Origin: an uncultured Chloroflexia bacterium
Lineage (GTDB): Bacteria; Chloroflexota; Limnocylindria; Limnocylindrales; CSP1-4
Length of the DNA: 64,000 nucleotides
NCBI GenBank assembly: GCA_963731635.1
Contig: CAVSWB010000004.1
Span: 240,780 to 304,779, forward strand
Direction of reading: 5' to 3'
The notes beneath the pieces are model-generated. The model was not told where the DNA came from, did no database searches, and saw nothing but the letters and a program-made list of their open reading frames with translations. A program made the position numbers and the translations under genes. This document shows positions 40,653 to 51,129 of this stretch, piece after piece (position 1 is the first letter of the stretch; every line of letters begins with the position of its first letter).

Positions 40653-41876
40653 GTGATCAACTCCGGCGATACCGCCTGGGTACTTACCTCGACGGCGCTC
40701 GTCATGTTGATGACGCCCGGTCTGGCCCTCTTCTACGGCGGCCTCGTACGCCGCAAGAACGTGCTCAGCACGATCATGCACAGCGTCTTCATCCTGGCGC
40801 TCGTGAGCGTCACGTGGGTCCTGTTCGGGTTCACCCTGGCCTTCGGCAAGGACGTCAACGGCTGGGGGATCATCGGCGGAATCGATTACATCGGTCTGCA
40901 CGGCGTGGGCAAGGAGCCTTTGACCCAGTACGCACCGACGATCCCCGGGTCGGCCTTCATGGCCTTCCAGATGATGTTCGCCGTCATCACTCCGGCCCTG
41001 ATCACCGGTGCTTTCGCCGAACGCAAGCGCTTCAAGGCCTTCGTCCTGTTCTCGCTCCTGTGGACGCTGGTCGTCTACTCGCCGATCGCCCATTGGGTCT
41101 GGGGCGATGGCGGCTGGCTGCGCAATCTCGGCGTGCTGGACTTCGCGGGCGGCACGGTCGTCCACATCAGCTCCGGCGTTGCGGCGCTGGTCGCCGCCCT
41201 CGTCCTCGGCCCGCGTGTCAAGCGGGAGTCGGAGCGCTTCGAGCCGCACGACGTCCGACTGACCGTGATCGGAGCGGCGCTGTTGTGGTTTGGCTGGTTC
41301 GGCTTCAACGGCGGATCCGCTCTGGCGGCCAACGGCACGGCCGCGAACGCGTTCGTGGTCACGAACACGGCGGCGGGCATGGCGGCGCTGACCTGGGTCA
41401 CCGTCTCGTGGCTGCACAAGGGCACTCCCAGCGTGACCGGAGCCGTGGCGGGCGGTGTGGCCGGGCTGGTGGCCATCACGCCGGCCTCGGGTTTCGTGGA
41501 CGCCAGCTCGGCCATCATCATCGGCCTTGCCGCCGGCATCACCTGTTACGCCGCCATCCTCCTGCGTGAGCGGCTCAAGGTCGACGACGCGCTCGACGTC
41601 TGGGCCGTCCACGGCGTGGGCGGGACTCTCGGCGCGATCCTGACCGGCGTCTTTGCGGTGGCTGCCGTCGGTGGCGCATCGGGCCTCGTCGACGGCAATG
41701 CCGGCCAGGTCGGCAAGCAGCTGGTCGCGGTGGCGGCGACCTGGATCTACAGCGGTATCGCCACCTTTGCGATTCTCAAGATCGTCGACTTCTTCGTCGG
41801 GCTCCGAGTGGAGGAGGCCGAAGAAGAGGCGGGCCTGGACTCCTCCCAGCACGGCGAGGTTGCATGGCAGAGCTAG
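40653..41876 (+). CDS. amtB: Ammonium transporter (copy 1)
   Basis: GDTAW, TPGLALFYGG, FQMMFA, DFAGGTVVH, WFGWFGFNGGS, DDALDV, HGVGG, GLD..QHGE. Confidence 0.97.
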   Translation: MINSGDTAWVLTSTALVMLMTPGLALFYGGLVRRKNVLSTIMHSVFILALVSVTWVLFGFTLAFGKDVNGWGIIGGIDYIGLHGVGKEPLTQYAPTIPGSAFMAFQMMFAVITPALITGAFAERKRFKAFVLFSLLWTLVVYSPIAHWVWGDGGWLRNLGVLDFAGGTVVHISSGVAALVAALVLGPRVKRESERFEPHDVRLTVIGAALLWFGWFGFNGGSALAANGTAANAFVVTNTAAGMAALTWVTVSWLHKGTPSVTGAVAGGVAGLVAITPASGFVDASSAIIIGLAAGITCYAAILLRERLKVDDALDVWAVHGVGGTLGAILTGVFAVAAVGGASGLVDGNAGQVGKQLVAVAATWIYSGIATFAILKIVDFFVGLRVEEAEEEAGLDSSQHGEVAWQS

Positions 41877-41979
41877 GAGCTTCTCCGGCCGCCTGACGAG
41901 ACTCCGGCCCCCGGATCGCCCAACCGCCGGATTCCGAAACGGTTCGCCCGAACCGGTCGCTGAGACGTGTCCCCCAACG

Positions 41980-42056
41980 GCAACCGCCGCGCCACCAGAG
42001 CGCTACCCGAGGGTTACTCGGCCGCTACTGAAACGCGCTTCCGGCCTCCCTACGCT
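41980..42056 (+). promoter_or_regulatory. amtB2 promoter: five 11-bp-periodic boxes plus -10 TACGCT
   Basis: GCAACC 41980, GCCACC 41991, GCTACC 42002, GTTACT 42013, GCTACT 42024; TACGCT 42051. Confidence 0.8.
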
Positions 42057-42117
42057 TCCCAGGCCGAAACCTTTGCCTGCGTTTCGTTGCGAGTGGGGAA
42101 CCTGAGGAGTCTCGATT

Positions 42118-43338
<1,221 letters not shown>

Positions 43339-43399
43339 CGCAACCTCGGTTGCATTCGGCGAGCGGGCCGGGGATCGAAACAGGCGTTCGTACCGAACG

Positions 43400-43476
43400 G
43401 CAACCCCCGCGCCACCCCGGCGCTACCGACCGGCCACCGCCGCGCTACTGATATCGGCCGGCTCCCTCAATAGACT
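43400..43476 (+). promoter_or_regulatory. Third copy of the amt-type promoter, upstream of a microprotein ORF
   Basis: GCAACC 43400, GCCACC 43411, GCTACC 43422, GCCACC 43433, GCTACT 43444; TAGACT 43471. Confidence 0.78.
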
Positions 43477-43526
43477 TCAGGTCAGTGAAGGGACGGGGTC
43501 CCTGGTTCAGCCGAAGGAGCCGAGAC

Positions 43527-43610
43527 GTGATCGCAGCCGCTTTCATCAGCTTCGCAATCCTGGTCGTGGCCTGGTTCGTGGCCCCGTCTCGCGCCCACGA
43601 GGCCGAATAA
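43527..43610 (+). CDS. 27-aa single-TM microprotein MIAAAFISFAILVVAWFVAPSRAHEAE (not in the ORF track)
   Basis: AAGGAG RBS at 43514-43519, GTG start, TAA stop, its own conserved promoter, hydrophobic helix. Confidence 0.7.
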   Translation: MIAAAFISFAILVVAWFVAPSRAHEAE

Positions 43611-43727
43611 CCTCAAACGCTCCAAGCGCGGTCGTCCGGATCGCGCCGCTCAGTTCGAACACCGACCCGCGCACCTTTCGGCAGGCAGCGCGGGTTCGTT
43701 GTTTCTCGGCCTGGGCCTCGCCGTGGC

Positions 43728-44441
43728 CTAACCCGCGTCGCCCAGCCGGTAGCCCACGCCGCGCACCGAGGCCGGCACCGGAGCACCCGATTCCTCGAGC
43801 TTCGTTCGCAGGCGAGCCAGGTGTGGCTTGAGCCATTGCGGGTCCGGGTTCGGCTCGCCCGGCCAGCCGGCCGAGAGCAGGCTGCTGTGCGAGACCACGT
43901 GACCTCCCGCCGCGACCAGTGAGGCCAGCAGGCTGTATTCGGTGCGGGTCAGGACGAGCTCGTTGCCCGAGACCGCGGCGGTGTGGCGGCCGCGGTCGAG
44001 GACGATCGGTCCCCAGCGCAACTCGCCGACGCCACGCGGCTCGGCCTCGTTGCCGCGGCGGCGCATGACCGCGCGTATCCGCGCCAGCAGCTCTTGCTTG
44101 CCGAACGGCTTCACCACGTAGTCGTCCGCGCCGGTGTCGAGCGCCTCCACCTTGGCCCGCTCGTCGGCCTCGCCGGTCAGGACGATAATCGGCGTCTGGG
44201 ACATGCGGCGGATGGCCCGGCACACTTCCACGCCGTCCAGGCCCGGCATCGCCAGGTCGAGCAGCACCAGGTCCGGACGCTCCTCGGAGAATCGCCGCAG
44301 GGCCGTGTTGCCGTCGTACGCGGTCACGACACGGTGGCCTGCGCGACCGACGAGGGCCGAGACGGCTCCGACCATCGCGGGCTCGTCGTCCACGACGAGG
44401 ATGAGCAGGCCGGTATCTCCTGCGGAATCCATCTGGCTCAA
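43728..44441 (-). CDS. OmpR-family response regulator (KdpE-like)
   Basis: ILVVDDE, LVLLDLAMP, GADDYVVKPF, wHTH LTRTEY...VRGVGY. Confidence 0.92.
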   Translation of the reverse strand: MSQMDSAGDTGLLILVVDDEPAMVGAVSALVGRAGHRVVTAYDGNTALRRFSEERPDLVLLDLAMPGLDGVEVCRAIRRMSQTPIIVLTGEADERAKVEALDTGADDYVVKPFGKQELLARIRAVMRRRGNEAEPRGVGELRWGPIVLDRGRHTAAVSGNELVLTRTEYSLLASLVAAGGHVVSHSSLLSAGWPGEPNPDPQWLKPHLARLRTKLEESGAPVPASVRGVGYRLGDAG

Positions 44442-44469
44442 CTCGCCTCCTGTGGTCCAAGCCGGCGGC

Positions 44470-45864
44470 TCAGGCCCCGTCCTCCGACATCACCCCGGCC
44501 TCGGGAGCATTATCGCCGTCTGAAGTTTGGCGCATCTGGGGCACGGCCACCATGAACCGGCTGCCACCGTATCCGTTGGACTCCAACCAGACTCGCCCGC
44601 CCATGGCGGTCATGAGCTGGCGGGCCGCATACAGGCCGATCCCGGAGCCGCGGGGCCGGTTGGCCGTCCGGACATAGGCCTCGAAGACGGAAGCCCACTC
44701 CGGCTCCGGAATTCCGGAGCCGTCGTCGGTGACGTAGACCTGGACCTCGCCGTCGGCCGCCCAGGCTCCGATGCTCACCGCTCCGCCCTCCGGCGAATAC
44801 TTCACTTCGTTCTCGAGGAGATGTTCGAGAACCTGCCGGAAACGACCCTCGTCTCCGAGGCCGATCAGCGGCGCTTCGGTTCCGGAGCGTCGCAGGGGAT
44901 GGCTGCGCAGCAGCGGGATCATCTCGTCGACCGTGTCATTGATGGCGCGGGCGAGATCGAAGGGATCGCGCGACAGGCCCGCGGCCAGGCCTTCGCCCCG
45001 CACGGAGGCCAGGATCGAGTCGACGAGCCGGTCCAGCCGCGTGACCTGGGCTATCGCCTGGTCGCGCCAGTCGGCCACGACCGCCGGCTTGGGGAGAGGG
45101 CCCGCCGCCCTGGTCTTGCGGTTGTCGCTGGCGGCCCTGGCCGCGTCTACGGCCGCATCCGCGAGCAGATCGAGATAGGCCCGGACGATTGCGAGTGGCG
45201 TCCGCAGCTCATGGGTCACGACGGCAAGAAGCTCCGCGCGGGCGCCGTCCAGTGCGGTGAGGGTTTCGAGCTGCGCTTCGGCCTCCGCCTGTAACCGGCC
45301 CTTCTCGACGATGCCGCCGAGGAGCGCACTGATCGTGACCAGGAACTCGACTTCTTCGGGCGAGAACGTCCGGGCCTCGATCGTCTGGACGTTCAGAACG
45401 CCGATGATCAGATCGTTCCACGGCAGCGGAACCGAGAGCATCGAGGTGAACTGCGACTGGTCGAAGCCGGGCACCCACTTGAAGCGGGGGTCGACCCGCA
45501 CGTCCGGCGACGCCACCGGGAGACCGATCTCGGCGGCGCGACCGGTCAGGCCCTCGCCGAGAGCCATCGTTACGCGTCCGATCTGGTCGCGGTCGAGGCC
45601 GTTGGTCGCCACCAGCCGCAGCCGGGCCTCGTCACGCTCTCTGAGATACAAGGAGCAGACTTCCACGTCGAGGGCGCTGGTTGTGCGGTCCACGATGGTC
45701 CGCATCAGCTCATCCCAGTCGCGTGCCGTGGTCAGCAGCTTCGCGAACTCATGCAGGACGGACAGCTCGCGCAGCTTGCGCTCGGCGTCGACACGGCGCG
45801 GCCGCGCCGAAACGGCACCCGGCGTCGTCGGGCCTGGGGGGGCGTTCCGGTGCGGGGCGGTCAA
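44470..45864 (-). CDS. Cytoplasmic GAF-domain sensor histidine kinase
   Basis: GAF (VCSLYL...LVATNGL...GEGLTG...SMLSVPL...GVLNVQ), THELRTPL, DDGSGI, GSGIGL; no TM segment. Confidence 0.9.
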   Translation of the reverse strand: MTAPHRNAPPGPTTPGAVSARPRRVDAERKLRELSVLHEFAKLLTTARDWDELMRTIVDRTTSALDVEVCSLYLRERDEARLRLVATNGLDRDQIGRVTMALGEGLTGRAAEIGLPVASPDVRVDPRFKWVPGFDQSQFTSMLSVPLPWNDLIIGVLNVQTIEARTFSPEEVEFLVTISALLGGIVEKGRLQAEAEAQLETLTALDGARAELLAVVTHELRTPLAIVRAYLDLLADAAVDAARAASDNRKTRAAGPLPKPAVVADWRDQAIAQVTRLDRLVDSILASVRGEGLAAGLSRDPFDLARAINDTVDEMIPLLRSHPLRRSGTEAPLIGLGDEGRFRQVLEHLLENEVKYSPEGGAVSIGAWAADGEVQVYVTDDGSGIPEPEWASVFEAYVRTANRPRGSGIGLYAARQLMTAMGGRVWLESNGYGGSRFMVAVPQMRQTSDGDNAPEAGVMSEDGA

Positions 45865-45877
45865 GTGGTCGCTCGCT

Positions 45878-47164
45878 CTACTTCACGGCGCTGCCGGGCG
45901 CGTCGTAGACCTTCGTCGGCAGATCCTCGAGGAGCGGGTCCGTCCACGTCCAGGCCGCACCGTGGTGCCGCCCCACGGCGCCGTGGCGGGCCGCCTCGGT
46001 TCGGAGCGGCAGCCCGAAGATCTCGATGAACCCGACCGCGCTGGCGTGGTCGAAGGTATCGTCGGCTTCGTACGTGGCCAGCCCCTTGTCGTAGAGCGAT
46101 AGCGGGCTGCGCCGGCCAACCACAACGGCGTTGCCGTGGTCGAGTCGGACCCGGACGTCGCCGCTCACCACTCGCTGGCTGCTGGCGGCGTAGCCGCGAA
46201 GGTCGCGGTGCAGGGCGCTGAACCACAGACCGTCATAGGTGAGCTGGGCCAGCTCGTCGGCGACGACCCGATTGAACCGCAGAGTGTCCTTGGAGAGCGT
46301 CAGGCCCTCGAGCGCACGGTGGGCGCGGTGGATCACGACGGCCGCCGGCGCTTCGTAGATCTCGCGGCTCTTGATCCCGACCAGGCGGTCCTCGACGTGG
46401 TCGACGCGGCCGATGCCGTGCGCCGCCGCGAGGTCGTGCAGCCGCTCAACGAGCGTGACAGCCTCCAGGCGCTCACCATCGAGCGACACCGGGACACCGC
46501 CCTCGAAGCCGATCACGATCTCGACGGCCGCCGGGGCCTTGTCGGGATCGACGGTCCATTTGTAGACATCTTCGCGCGGCGCGGCCCACGGATCTTCGAG
46601 GATGCCCGCTTCGATGGAGCGGCCCCAGAGGTTCACGTCGGTCGAGTAGATCGATTCCTTGGTGATCGTGATCTCGATGTTGCGGGCCTTCGCGTATTCG
46701 ATCTCCTGCTCGCGCGACAGCCCCATGCCGACGCGCATCGGGGCGATGACGGCCAGAGATGGATCGAGGGCGTGAGTCGCGACGTCGAACCGCACCTGGT
46801 CGTTGCCCTTGCCGGTGCAGCCGTGGGCGACCGCGTCGGCGCCTTCCTTGTGCGCAACCTCGACGAGCAGCTGGGCGATGAGAGGGCGCGCCATCGCCGT
46901 CGCCAGCGGGTAGACGCCCTGGTAGAGCGCACCGGCCTGGACATGGGGCCAGCAGAAGTCGCGCACGAAGCGATCCCGGCCGTCGACGACGTAGGCTCGC
47001 GCCGCACCCGCGCTGATCGCTCGACGATCCACGTCTTCCTTGAGCACGCCGCCGCCGAGATCGACCGTCAAAGTCACGACCTCGACGTCGTACTGCTCGC
47101 GCAGCCAGGCCACTGCCACCGACGTGTCGAGCCCACCGGAGTAGGCGAGGACCACCTTCTTCAT
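45878..47164 (-). CDS. argG: Argininosuccinate synthase
   Basis: VVLAYSGGLDTS, HGCTGKGNDQVRF, NLWGRSIE, GIKSREIYE. Confidence 0.97.
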   Translation of the reverse strand: MKKVVLAYSGGLDTSVAVAWLREQYDVEVVTLTVDLGGGVLKEDVDRRAISAGAARAYVVDGRDRFVRDFCWPHVQAGALYQGVYPLATAMARPLIAQLLVEVAHKEGADAVAHGCTGKGNDQVRFDVATHALDPSLAVIAPMRVGMGLSREQEIEYAKARNIEITITKESIYSTDVNLWGRSIEAGILEDPWAAPREDVYKWTVDPDKAPAAVEIVIGFEGGVPVSLDGERLEAVTLVERLHDLAAAHGIGRVDHVEDRLVGIKSREIYEAPAAVVIHRAHRALEGLTLSKDTLRFNRVVADELAQLTYDGLWFSALHRDLRGYAASSQRVVSGDVRVRLDHGNAVVVGRRSPLSLYDKGLATYEADDTFDHASAVGFIEIFGLPLRTEAARHGAVGRHHGAAWTWTDPLLEDLPTKVYDAPGSAVK

Positions 47165-47704
47165 CTGGGAGCCTCCGAATGCGCGAATGATCGGCCGGTC
47201 GGCAAGCCTGTCGGACCGGCCGGCTGGTATGACTGGAAGCGGACGAGCCACCGTTCGAGGGCGGCTTCGCTTTCGAAAAGTACGAGCAGCGTGTTGTCGC
47301 CGGCCAGCGTGCCGATCTGTTCGGTGAGGCTCGACTGGTCGATGGCCTGGGCGATCGCTCCCGCCGAACCCGGCGTGGCGAGGAGAACGATGCTGAGCCC
47401 GCTGCGGCCGAACCTGCACCGGGATGTCCTCGAGCAGCCGGGCCAGCCTGGCGTCGTAGGCGTCACCCGTGGCGGCGCTCTCGGGCGTGGCGTAGACGTG
47501 GCGGTCGCCGCGCGGTGCTTTCACAAGCCCGAGCTCGGCGGCGTCGCGGCTGACGGTCGCCTGAGTCACCTCGAAGCCTCGCTCACGGAGCAGCTCGACG
47601 AGCTCCTCCTGGCTGCCCACCGGCAGCAGCGAGATCAGCTCGAGCAGCGTCCTCTGGCGGCGTTGCTTGGAGCTCGGGAGATTGCCGTTGACGGCCATGG
47701 TCAT
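47161..47704 (-). CDS. argR: Arginine repressor, frameshift about 47415
   Basis: SQEELV..L, VTQATVSRD, LGLVK; C-terminal TPGSA, GTLAGDNT in a second frame. Confidence 0.9.
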
Positions 47705-47711
47705 TTCGATC

Positions 47712-48510
47712 TCAGCTTCTGCCGGCGGAGACTTCGCCGGCCTCGCGGGCGGCGGTGATACGCGTACCGAATTTCGGGTCTCCCAGCGCGCGCGACAGGG
47801 CGTGCGCGTCCGCCGGAATCGCAGATGACCGCCTGGGCGCCCGCCCAATTCAGAGCCTGCAGAGCGGCCCTGATCTTGGGCACCATCCCGCCTTTGATGA
47901 CCCCGCCGTCGATCAGTTGCTCAGCCTCGCCGGCGGTCATGGTGTCGAGCTTCTCGCCGGCCGCGTTACGGACGCCGTCGACGTCGGTCATCAGGACGAG
48001 CTGGCGGGCGCCCAGCCCGGCGGCGATGCCGGCCGCAGCGTCGTCGGCGTTGACGTTGCAGACGATGCCGTGCTCGTCCCTGGCGAGCGGCGCGACGACG
48101 GCCACCTGGCCGGCCACGAGGAGCTGATCGAGGAAGTTGCGGCGCACCCCAACCACGTGAGCCACGAGACCCAGATCGGGCACGCGCTCCGCGATCATGA
48201 AGCCGCCGTCGACGCCGGAGAGGCCGACGGCATCCACGCCGCGGTCCCGCAGGTCGGAGACGAGCTCGGAGTTGACCACTCCCCGCAGGACGGCCGCGGC
48301 CACGTCCAGGGCGGCCTGGTCGGTCACCCGGAGTCCGCCCTCGAAGCGGCTCTGCACGCCGAGGCGCTCCAGCCACTCGGTGATCCGCTTGCCGCCGCCG
48401 TGGACCAGCACCACCGGACGCTCGCGCGCCACGCCGGCGACCTCGTCGAGCACATGGGCCTGGTCGGCGAGTGTTGTCCCGCCGAGCTTGAGGACGAGAA
48501 CTTCGCTCAC
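47712..48510 (-). CDS. argB: Acetylglutamate kinase (C-terminal frameshift about 47810 likely)
   Basis: VLKLGG, LVHGGG, GLRVTD, NVNAD, TDVDGV, GGMVPK. Confidence 0.93.
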
Positions 48511-49874
48511 GTCGTGTACTCCGCGTTCTCGATGACGTAACCCTCGGTCAGATCACAGCCGAATGCCTCGCCGCTGCCGCCGCCCAGACCTAGATCCACG
48601 CGGATCAGCACTTCGGGGGCTTCCATGTCGGCCCGGACGGCGCCGCGGTCGAACTCCAGAGGAGCGCCGGCGAATACCGGCGTTCCGGCAATGGCGATCC
48701 TCAAGCGGTCGATCTCGAATTTCGGCGGCCGCCCGGCCCGGGTCGCCGCTTCGGCGTGGCCGAGGCCCGAGGCTTCGAGCAGCGCTTCGTCGGGGAGTCG
48801 GGTGTTGCCGGCGGCGCTGGCCACCCGGCCCCAGTTCGGGTCGCGGCCGTGGACCGCGGCCTTTAGGAGGCTGCTGCTCACGACGCTGCGGGCGATGGCC
48901 CTGGCGTCGGCGTCGTCTGCGGCGCCGCTGACCTGGCAGGTGATGAGGGTCGAGGCACCCTCGCCGTCGGCTGCCTGGGCGCGGGCGAGCGACCTGGCCA
49001 CGGCCTCGATGGCGCCGCCCAGGATGGTGGCTCCATCGCTGCCGGCCTCGACCGGACGGCTCCCCGAAACGCCCGAAGCGAGCACGTAGACCGTGTCGTT
49101 GGTGCTCGTGTCTCCGTCGACGGTGAGCTGATTCCAGGTCCGCTGGACGATCGGCGCGAGGATCTCGTGGAGCGTTGCCGGCGCGACCGCGGCGTCGGTC
49201 AGGATGACCGCCAGCATCGTCGCCATGCGCGGGTGGATCATGCCGACGCCTTTGGCGATCCCCGAGACGGTGACCGTGACCGGCCGCTCGGAGCCGGGCA
49301 GCTCGACCGAGGTGGTCGCGAGCTTCACCACGGTATCGGTCGTCATGATCGCCCGAGCCAGCGCCTCGAGGCCGTCGTCTGTCGGCGCCAGCGTCGGCAC
49401 CAGCCGACCCAGGCCCTCGACGACTTTGGCCAGCGGTAGCCGGACGCCGATGACGCCGGTGGAGAGTGCCAGAGTGCGCTCGGGGAGTGTGTTGAGCGCC
49501 GAGGCGACCGCCGCAGCGAGCTCTGCCTGGTCGTCGTCGCCGTCTGGTCCAGTGGCGGCGTTGGCCGAGCCGGAGGTCGCCACGACTGCGTCGGTCCAGC
49601 CGAAACGGCCGCCGCCGCCCAGCTCGGTGGCGGTGAGGTGCGCTCGCGACAGGCGAATCGGCGCGGCAGCCACCGCGTTCGTGGTGAAGGCGGCGGCAAC
49701 CGCGGCCGGAGACCCGTCCACGACAACCAGGCCGAGGTCGGCTCGACCCGAGGGTTTGATGCCGGCCGCCAGGGCACCGGCCCGGAAGCCCGCGGGCATC
49801 GAGGCGCGCTCCTCGACCGCAGGCAGATCGTTGGGAAGCGCCATCAGGGCGTCGGCGCCGGAAAGGGGCTTCAT
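48507..49874 (-). CDS. argJ: Bifunctional ornithine acetyltransferase / N-acetylglutamate synthase
   Basis: SGSANAATG, IMTTDT, KGVGMIHPRMATML, DGDTSTND, DGEGA, DPNWGR, INA-like ENAEYTT end. Confidence 0.95.
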   Translation of the reverse strand: MKPLSGADALMALPNDLPAVEERASMPAGFRAGALAAGIKPSGRADLGLVVVDGSPAAVAAAFTTNAVAAAPIRLSRAHLTATELGGGGRFGWTDAVVATSGSANAATGPDGDDDQAELAAAVASALNTLPERTLALSTGVIGVRLPLAKVVEGLGRLVPTLAPTDDGLEALARAIMTTDTVVKLATTSVELPGSERPVTVTVSGIAKGVGMIHPRMATMLAVILTDAAVAPATLHEILAPIVQRTWNQLTVDGDTSTNDTVYVLASGVSGSRPVEAGSDGATILGGAIEAVARSLARAQAADGEGASTLITCQVSGAADDADARAIARSVVSSSLLKAAVHGRDPNWGRVASAAGNTRLPDEALLEASGLGHAEAATRAGRPPKFEIDRLRIAIAGTPVFAGAPLEFDRGAVRADMEAPEVLIRVDLGLGGGSGEAFGCDLTEGYVIENAEYTT

Positions 49875-49887
49875 GTTCCTCCTGCGG

Positions 49888-51012
49888 CTAAGGGGCGATC
49901 GGGTATTGCTCGAGCCCGGTCGTCTCCGGCAGGTCGAACAGGACGTTGAGCGCCTGGACGGCCTGACCGGCCGCACCCTTGACGAGGTTGTCTATCGCGC
50001 CGATGGCCAGGATCTTGCCGCTGCGCGGATCGACGCGGCACCACACCCGAGCCAGGTTGCTGCCCATGACGTGCTTGGTGGCCGGCGGCTCGGCCATCAC
50101 CTGCACGAAGGGCTCCTCGCGATAGGCCTCGTCGTAGAGAGCGTCGATCTCGTCCTGGGTCACCGGACGGGTCGGCCGCACGTGGCAGCTCGACAGGATC
50201 CCTCGGGTCATCGGGATGAGATGCGGCAGGAAGTCGACCGTCGCAACGCCCGGGTTTGCGTCCGGACTGGCGAGCGGGCCTCGGCGGCCCTGTTCCTGCA
50301 GCTCCTGCTCCATCTCGGCGGTATGGCGGTGACCGAACATGCCGTAGGCCTTGACGCTCTCGTTGACCTCGGAGAAGAGCAGGTCCTGTTTGGCTTCGCG
50401 GCCGGCGCCGGAGACGCCGCTCTTGGCGTCGACTGCCAGATCCCCGATCAAACCGGCCCGGGCGAGCGGCGCCAGCGTCAGGATCGTGGCGGTCGGGTAG
50501 CAACCGGCCATGCCCAGGATCGTGACGGGCCGTTGCGCAGCGTCCTGCATCTCCTGTCGGTGCAGTTCCGGCAGGCCGTAGACGGCCTGGGCGAGCAGAT
50601 CGGGCGCGGGGTGGTCCAGCTTGTACCAGCGCGGATAGTCGGCCGGATCGTGGAGTCGGAAATCGGGCCCGATGTCGATCAGGGCGGAACCCCTTGCCAC
50701 GATTTCCGGCGCCATGCCCGCAGCGACGCCGTGCGGCAGAGCCGTGAAGATCGCGTCGGCCTCCGGCATGGCCTGGTCGATCACCAGCCCGCTCGCCGCA
50801 AGGTGGGGATGGGACAGCGCAATCGGCTGGTTCTCGCGGTTGCGCCCGTGCAGGCCGACCAGGCTGACATTTGGGTGGCCGAGCAGCAGCCGAATCAGCT
50901 CGCCGCCCGCATAGCCGGCGGCCCCGACGATGCCGACGCTGATGGTCGGCGAGCCGCCTCGGGCGCGAACAGCCGCGGGACCGAAGGCGGGCTTGGACTC
51001 GATGGCGCTCAT
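49888..51012 (-). CDS. argC: N-acetyl-gamma-glutamyl-phosphate reductase
   Basis: GAAGYAG, ALPHG, YGLPE, GCYPT, SGVSGAG, HRHTAE, DNLVKGAAGQA. Confidence 0.96.
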   Translation of the reverse strand: MSAIESKPAFGPAAVRARGGSPTISVGIVGAAGYAGGELIRLLLGHPNVSLVGLHGRNRENQPIALSHPHLAASGLVIDQAMPEADAIFTALPHGVAAGMAPEIVARGSALIDIGPDFRLHDPADYPRWYKLDHPAPDLLAQAVYGLPELHRQEMQDAAQRPVTILGMAGCYPTATILTLAPLARAGLIGDLAVDAKSGVSGAGREAKQDLLFSEVNESVKAYGMFGHRHTAEMEQELQEQGRRGPLASPDANPGVATVDFLPHLIPMTRGILSSCHVRPTRPVTQDEIDALYDEAYREEPFVQVMAEPPATKHVMGSNLARVWCRVDPRSGKILAIGAIDNLVKGAAGQAVQALNVLFDLPETTGLEQYPIAP

Positions 51013-51020
51013 GGTCGCGA

Positions 51021-51048
51021 AGTATACAGGTTCGTGAATAGTCATGCG
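51021..51048 (-). promoter_or_regulatory. argC promoter: ARG box plus near-leaderless -10 TATACT
   Basis: TGAATAGTCATGC imperfect palindrome (51035-51047) matching ArgR operators; TATACT 8 nt before ATG. Confidence 0.7.
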
Positions 51049-51129
51049 TGGCAGGCGCCGGGCGTGCTTGGGAGACCTTCCAACGTTACGCCGCGCCTGC
51101 ATAAGGGAGCGCGCGACGCTACCCGGCCG

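Noticed and set aside
45878-47848. ArgR-ArgG fusion suggested by the 656-aa ORF
   Set aside because: Caused by a frameshift in argR; argG has its own RBS and an ATGA overlap at 47164.
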